The notes beneath the pieces were generated by a model. It was given only the letters and a program-made list of their open reading frames with translations, made no database searches and was not told the DNA's origin. A stretch of 54,919 bases of DNA, counting the filler, from Sphacelaria rigidula (lineage: Eukaryota), in NCBI GenBank assembly GCA_964200075.2. It is 4 parts of 4 records of this genome, joined end to end, with 100 filler letters (N's around TTAATTAATTAA, not from the genome) between each part and the next. Parts side by side here need not be neighbours in the genome. Positions count along the whole stretch, not along the records: positions 41,270 to 54,919 come from CAXNAA020002743.1; 3 more parts are not named here. One strand, given 5' to 3'. Below are positions 47,962 through 54,919 of the stretch, piece after piece (the first letter of the stretch is position 1; each line of letters opens with the position of its first letter). A program made the translations under genes and the position numbers.

Positions 47962-50900
47962 ATATCGATACTAGTGCTAGTGTTAGTGTTAGTACTAGAA
48001 ACCTGCTGGAAAGGATTTCGGTAAGAGCCTGGTAACTGTGGAAACCTGATACACCACGGACGCGTGGAGAGAGTTCCAGCTGAGGCAGCTGCAGAACGGC
48101 GACTGGCTTGTGATTGATCCAGACTGGAGACTTGCTGAAGCTGCGTGCAGCGGGAGTTTGGAGGCTCTTACGACTGTGTGGTGCGGCGACCAGGCGAGGA
48201 AGTTTGCAATTCGTGAAGGTCCGCTGGCCTGCAGAGGTTCGCAGGTAGCCGGTTACAGCAACAGCTATGGCTACCGGCTCACGAGGTACGTCCACCGCGA
48301 CACCTGTGGTCATGCAGGAAGAATTGCGACCTCCCCAATACGGGAACAGATACTCAGAGAGTGCTTCTCGCACTTTTTACACGAGGTATTTGGAATACAA
48401 GAAGCGTGTTGAGCACGCTAATGCAGGGGGTACCGTGTGGCATCAGGTGGTGACAATGGCTCAACACGTGCCGACTCATGTACAGAGAGTGTTCGCTCGT
48501 TTGGAACATAATGAGAGCACCATCACCTCGCCACAATTGATTGCGGCGATCAAAAAGCATGCTGGGCATGCGGCGGGCGCCGAGGTATATCTGACCCAAG
48601 CGTCCGCGGCCGTGGCGAAAGCTGTCGCCATGGATCTGTCGCCATGAATTCTCGGGGGAAAACGATGTTGGAGCGTGTGGAGCCCATCGTGACTAATTTG
48701 TAGAAGTACTTCACGGAAAATCTGAACGTAGAACTCGTATATCGTTCCCCCGATGGTGAGTTCATTCCCGGCCCGGCAGCTGTAATCACTAAGGCTTTGG
48801 TGGAGGGGTTGGCACCGGAAAATTTCAAGCAAGCCGTCCTTGTCAAGCTGCAGCACCAAACAGACTGGAAAGACGACCCGTACCTGGTGATGAGTATCAT
48901 CGTGGCCGAGGCCAAGGAGTGGCGGAAAATAGAGGTGTTCAGCCAGTCGTCCACCTCTTCGCCGAAATCTTTGCGCAACCATGGCTCGAAAGCGGCTGGT
49001 CGCGCCGCGAGTATTACTTGCCACCGCTGTGGCCAGGTCGGCCATTACGTGCGTGATTGCCCAACGTCTTCCGGTGGAGAGTCTGGGCAATCTAGTGCCG
49101 CGCACCATCAGCATCGTCAGCACAAGAGCAAAATACGACGTAATCGGGGTGGCGGCGGCGGATCCTCCGACGATGGAGGGTCGCAGGCGAGCCCTCAGCA
49201 GCAGCAGCCGCAGCAACAGAACCAGAAGAACCAGAACCAGCAGCAGCAGGGGCAGTGACGTCAGCATGGAACTGGCTCTGGGTCCGGCGCCGCCGTAGGT
49301 GCTGGTGCTCCGCAACGGGCGGTGCAGGTGGGCTCGACTTCTACAGAGTCGAACACTGCGCCGGCGCCGGTGGTAGCGCCGGCGGCGACACCGGTAGCAG
49401 GGCCAGGCGCAACGCCTGTTGACGCGCTCGTCGGAGGATCGCCAAAGTCTTGGTTTGCTGGCTGGAGGGCGTACCCGCCGGCGGTGCCGTTTGAACATGC
49501 CGGGGCGTCTTCGCCTGCACAGCGTGCGCAGCCGTGGCGTCGAGTAGGATTGGCGGCGCATAGGTCAGCGGAAGAAGTTTCCGTGGAGCTTGCCGACAGA
49601 TACATTCCGGTGGAATTATATCCTCCGAATTAACGGCAGCGTGGATCCATTGTGGTTCGATCTGTGTCGGGTTCTGGCGCCCATTTCACTAGTCTGCCGG
49701 TGCAGATGGTTGAGATGCTGGAGCGTCAACTCCCGGGTGTGCCGCTAAGTACCCCGTTTTCGCTCGGGGCGCGGCAGGTAGTCACTGCGTCGGGTCAGCA
49801 TGTTTCAGTCACGGAGCGTACTGTTCCGTTGCACCTAGCCTTCAAGACTGCTTGGGGGCTGACTCCGTTGCCTCCGATCTCGTTTGTGATTATATCAGGG
49901 TCGGATGGCGTTGTTCTTCTGGGGCTGCCGATGCTACAGGATCTGGGAGTCGATCCGTATGAGCGGCTGAAGGACTCTATGAAGACGCGGATGTCTCCGC
50001 CTGGTCCGCGGTTGGAGACGTCCGCCTTTTTGGGCAGTCGTCGCGTGAGCTTATTGGTGGACGATTTTTAGGAGGCTGGAGGGTAGGTGACCGAGGAGCG
50101 GGATGCGGCGGTGGAACGCTTAGTAGAGCGCGGCCCGGAGATATTAATGATTCCGGCGGAGGAGGAGTTCGCTCGGAAGGTCGCGCTGGAGGGGAGCGTG
50201 ACGGATGCTGGGGCGAAAAGCCTCAGCGTCACAAAAGCGGAGCGCCTGCGCGGCATATTGCATTGCCGAGTCAACGCGTTTCGTCGCGCGCTGCGGGTAA
50301 CCCCCCTGCGCGCGTGGAGCCCATGCGTGTTCAGCTCAAACCTGGGGAATCCGCGGTGAAGGCGAAGCCGCGGCGGTACGATCCAGTGAAGTCGAGTTCG
50401 TTGGCATTGTGCATTGCGGCTTGTTTGGCGGTTGGGTTGGTGTTACGGAATTTGCAGGCGGGGTGGTCCAGTCCAAATATGGCGTTTTCGGAGAAGGCTG
50501 CATCGTGGACGGAGGGCAGGCTGCAGGCGTAGGCGGCAGTGAAGGATCTGGTGGCTCATGCCGTGATGCTGTTCCACCCTCGTTCTGATTGTCAGGTGTT
50601 TATGTTTCCGGATGCATCTGAGTGCGATTGGGATAGTTTGGTCATGAAGGTGCCTACATTTGAAATTCAAATGGTTGTGCGCTGTGGCTGTGTATGGTCC
50701 GTGTGAACTTGATGACTCGATACCATCCAAATCTGTTGTCCGCCAAGCGCAACGAAAAGACTTTGGGGCTGAATATGCGGATGTGCAATCTTTCGAGTCG
50801 GACGTTGGTACTGCTATCTCGGACAATGAGGGTCTGTTTCGTGTGCATGTGCGTGGCCGAAACGTTTTGTGGATTCCGAGTTCTGACAAGTAGTTGCGGG

Positions 50901-52350
50901 TACGCCTGATGATTTGCGCGCACATGCGCGACGCCGGGAATCGTGGTGTGGCTGCGGCGCTCGTGCGCTTGCAAGACGTTTATGTCTGGCAGGGGACAGA
51001 ATCTCATGTGTGCGAATTTGTCCGCCAGTGTCTTCACTGTGCTGACTCGATGGCCGGCGATGTTGTTCCCCGCCCGCTCGGCGAAACGGTCCATGGGACC
51101 ATGCTGAATGAAGTCGTTCATTTTGATTTCTTGTACTTGGGCGAGAGGGGTCCACTCGCTTCCCAAGGTTTGTCGGAGGATGCTGGGTTTCCATACATTT
51201 TGGTAATCATGTATGATTTGAGCAATTTTCTGGCTCTGGAACCAGTAGCAATGTGCACTGCTGAATCGATCGCTGCATCTTTGCTGAATTGGTGCAAAAC
51301 TTTGGGGATGCCGCGTGTGTGGGTGAGTGATACCGCCACGCATTTAAAAAATGCGATCTCGGCCCGATTGCGAGAGGCTTTGCGCGTTGATCACCAATTT
51401 GCGGTGGCGTATTCTCCGTGGTCTAACGGTACGTGCCAACGCATGGTCAAGGGAGTAGTTCGTGATCCTTTCTCTATTCTTCTCGAGCAGCGCAGAGCGG
51501 TTTCCGAGTGGGTGGACATATTGCCGGCGGTGCGATGGGCGCTTTATACAGCGTAACATCGTCGTTACAACAGTACGCCATACCACGTGATGTTTGGTCG
51601 TGCCCCTCGGACGTCTTTCTCGGTGCTGGCGTCTTCATCGGCGGGGGAATGGAAGTGTGATGTTTTGGGCGATGTTCAAATTAAGAGTGCACTGCAAGGA
51701 GTCTTGGACTTGCACGAACGTTTCCACGTTCAAGTGCAGGAACTTGTTGCCGCTGAACGTGCGCGTAGACGTGAGGGGTCCTCGTCGGGGCTGAAATTGC
51801 CGAAGTTTGAGGTAGGTGACCATGGCTTGTATGCACGCGTGTGTCGTCCGGGTGTTACGCTCGAGTTGATGGCGACTTGGACTGGTCCATGGAGAGTGGT
51901 TGGTGCTCACCATCCGCACGTGTTTGAGACTCAGAACATTGTTTCGGGTCGCGTTCAGACCGCCCATGTAGCTCCTTTGCGTTTTTATGCAGACTCGCAG
52001 CTTAATGTTTTGGCCGACGTAAAGGACGTGTTCCAGCATGCTTTCAATCGGGGGCAATTTCAGATGTCTGGTATTGTCCGAGTGGCAGAAGCAGATGATC
52101 GTTCGTTGATCATGTTGGTCGACTGGGTTGGTTTCGAAGTTGAGGAGCGTACGTGGGAGCCTTTCAAGGGTATTTTTGAGGCCGCTCCGGAATTTCTTAC
52201 GAAGGATTTGCGTGAATTGCGCGTGACTCGTGCCGTTGCTGCTCGAATTACGAGTGAGTTTGCTATTCAATCGTGACTTACTTATCGTTTTGACGTCTTC
52301 TATGTTTCAAGCTTGTTGATTGATTATCATTCAACGCGCTTTGGGGGTGC

Positions 52351-52608
52351 TGTGACGAAAATAAGCCGTACGTTGAGTTGGTAGTGATGATATGGATGAT
52401 GACCAGGGGAACGGAGATTCTGGAGGGTTATGGATAATGACCGGGGACACGGAGGTGGTATCTGTAGGTCTAGGAAGCTGATGCCCTGGAAAGGCACTCC
52501 TGAATAATGAGATTGTTGTAAAGGTTGACAACTGATACTGAGGCCAGTAAGACTGGGGAGTCCCTCAACAGCAGTGATTCAACAGTGCTTCCACTGGCTG
52601 GTGTCACA
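52351..52608 (+). repeat. 3' LTR
   Basis: TGTGAC...GTCACA termini, preceded by the gggggtgc PPT-like tract. Confidence 0.92.
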
Positions 52609-53364
52609 GACCCCAAGTTTCTTCAGTCGTGCAGTTAATATGCTGTACCATCCAATGAAAACGCAGTTTTGTTTGCCGCGCCCATATCTCATGGTCGCTG
52701 CATGCGATCGTTGTACTGTTATACCGTCCAACTTCACAACTCGAACTCTGTGTCGACGTACACTCATATGATCTGGCTTTACGTAGGGGGTCGTTGGAAC
52801 CCGGATAAAGGTTCCCAACAAGCATTCGTTGCGCAAAAAATGGCACCAGATGGGATTCATATCATCCCTCAAAGACTACCTAACCGACAGAAGTTCGCAT
52901 CACCCACGGCCGCATGTCGCACATCGTGCATCTTGATGGTTCGGACATGATCGTGATACACGCACTACTGTAGTACTGTCCATATTGTTTCTTCTTGCAG
53001 TCGGCGCTGTTTATACCCGAGTAATAAAGTTCATAGAATGCACAACACTCTGAGCTGCTTTGTCTTCTGTGTCTCTCCTACGGGTGTTACGCGAGCGCCG
53101 TGCTCTCCCATGACACCGGAGGTCAGGTGTCGAAGGGGGGGGGGGTGGTGTTCACCCTGAGCTGCACGGATTCTGCCCTCCCTCGACGCATACAGCACTG
53201 TTTCCGTTGCAATTTGCAAGAGGAACTGCCCATCTGTACATCAACATACTACCTTGATCGTTCACGTGTGAGATTCTTCCACCTGGGCGACGCTGTCTGG
53301 GCCGCTGCTACATGCACGGCAGGTGCGGACCGTCGTCGCGAAATCGGGATACTCGAGATGGCAT

Positions 53365-54780
53365 AGATCAAGAGTTTCGAATACTTCACCCCTGCCGAGA
53401 GAGTCAATGGTTTCATTTATCTGGGAAGAAGGTAGACGTGCGATTTTGGTGACTGCGTTCAATCGTTGGTAATTGACTGTTAGTCTGATTTTACCGTTGT
53501 TCTTCCGGACGAAAACAACCGGCGAGGCCCACGGGGACGTGGAGTGCCGTATTCAACCGGCGGATAAGTATCCGTCGAGGAGTACCTGGATTTTGTCCGC
53601 CAGAGGGGGGTTGTACGTTACGAACGCGTAGCGATAGGTGGGGTGCCATCAGGAATTTTGATCTTGAACGGTGTAGTGGTGCAGCGGCCGAGATCTAGAG
53701 GCGCCTTGGAGAACCGTTTAGAATATTTGATCAAAATGGAGAGCAGCCTATCGATTACCGTGGGAGTTCAACCCTCACCAAATAGAGCAAAAGCAATGTG
53801 TCGCAAATGTGGGGGATATAATCCCATAAACGTTGAAAACCAACACGTTGCTCTGGCGATAATCTATCTAGTAATGCAGTTGTCCGTAGGAGGGGCGCCT
53901 GAAGATAACCCAACAACTGGCCAAAAAGTGTATCGAAACATGCAAAGGACGTGAGAGGGATGGATTGTCTACCTTCGTGAACGAATACTTCGGTCTGGTC
54001 AAAGGCGCCGACATCATCAGCCGACTGATTGAGGTTGACGAATTCGACCAAGTATTGTCCAGTGAGGGCAGAGGATCCGTTCCGTCTCACAAGGCTCTCA
54101 TGTATAAGTTGAGGTCCAGAAGATAAGGAGGCTACGTTTTCGCCGACATAGTACAGTCGGAAAGCATTACCTGTTTGTGTTGGATCATCGACATAAGCAT
54201 GAGCCCCCGGAGGAGTGTCGCGATATCCCAATTTTAATCTGCCAGTCTTGGGATAGTTGAAAGCACGTGTGTCCGACGTGTATGTACGAATTGAACACCG
54301 TACCCGAATATCATGCCCCAACAAAACATCAACCGACATGAAACCATCGGGCACTATGAGCGCCCACACGGATACTCGAGCAGACGGACTCGTTTCATCG
54401 AAAAATTGTACACTAAGTCTCACTAATCGATAAACCGTAAGTGAAGTGGAGGGACCACGCCCGCCAAAACCACGAGGGGAAACCGTAGAAACGCAATGCT
54501 GGTCCGCAGCCCCCGCATTGACCATTTGTTGTCAGCAGCTGGTGGTGATACACGTTTGAGGTGAGCCTGGATCGGGCAATGCAATAGCCAACAAAGGGCA
54601 TGTATACCTATTCTCGTTGTGAAGGAGGCATCTTCCACGATTGCAGTTCCGCTGACTAAATCCGGTCCAAAATCTGGCAAGAAATCTGTGGACAAGTCGT
54701 GCTTGTGATTGTGAGCGGCTGCGCTGAAATACACATAACAGGGGATTCTATAAAATGAGGTTGATCAATGAAATGAGATA
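53365..54780 (-). mobile_element. Second Ty3/Gypsy pol fragment (protease and N-terminal RT), degenerate
   Basis: VWALIVPDGFMSVDVLLGHD (aspartic protease C-terminal motif), then IRHSTSPWASPVVFVRKNNGKIRLTVNYQRLNAVT...IDSLGRGEVFETLDL (Gypsy RT start). Confidence 0.85.
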
Positions 54781-54851
54781 CGAGGAGGCTAGCGAGTATG
54801 CGACAAAAACCCGAGGGAAGTACCGTCCGCAAATGCCTACGATCATTTTCT

Positions 54852-54919
54852 GGGGGGGGGGGGGGGTAGTCATTTGTTCCTTGCCTTAGTCGTTTGACTA
54901 CTGACCTTTTGGGACGGGG
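54852..54919 (-). mobile_element. 3' end of the poly(C)-tailed LINE family (C15 tail), cut by contig end
   Basis: Minus strand ...gtcaaacgactaaggcaaggaacaaaTGActa followed by 15 C. Confidence 0.7.

Larger units (their letters stand above)
47704..52608 (+). mobile_element. Ty3/Gypsy (chromovirus-like) LTR retrotransposon, both LTRs present, internally deleted and decayed
   Basis: 258-bp LTRs at 47704-47961 and 52351-52608, with flanks gatc/gacc. Internal order: gag with CHRCGQVGHYVRDC knuckle (about 49018-49060), protease (about 49640-49990), RT start only (KAKPRRY...WSSP), FPDAS remnant, integrase (H...H/CxxC zinc finger with H to N change, VHFDFLY, WVSDTATH, SPWSNGTCQR) and chromodomain-like LVDWVGFEVEERTWEP. 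Confidence 0.93.

Overview
Intron-rich, repeat-rich eukaryotic nuclear DNA, most likely from a brown alga (Phaeophyceae). This is inferred from an LHCX/LI818-type antenna gene with a heterokont bipartite plastid-targeting peptide, long GT-AG introns and the transposon content. The window is not one locus. It is four contigs (1-13659, 13760-27415, 27516-41169, 41270-54919; 13659, 13656, 13654 and 13650 bp) joined by identical artificial N44-TTAATTAATTAA-N44 spacers. Contig 1 holds the 3' part of a minus-strand TFIIIC B-block-binding subunit (GTF3C1/Tfc3-like) gene, whose introns contain Copia relics, a tRNA-derived SINE and two 42-bp-period palindrome arrays. Contig 2 holds the last 11 exons of a PIBF1/CEP90 centriolar gene and a Gypsy integrase/LTR. 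Contig 3 holds a LINE endonuclease, a Copia relic, several MITEs/hairpins and a head-to-head LHCX pseudogene/gene pair. Contig 4 holds a decayed Academ/DUF6589-like transposase, an LTR-bounded but internally deleted chromodomain Gypsy element and a second Gypsy pol fragment. The most striking signal is a LINE family whose ORF stops 3 nt before a poly(C) tail. One tiny insertion of it has an exact 14-bp target-site duplication beginning CCCCC, which suggests a C/G counterpart of L1 poly(A)/TTTT target priming. All calls are by-eye motif recognition; no searches were run.
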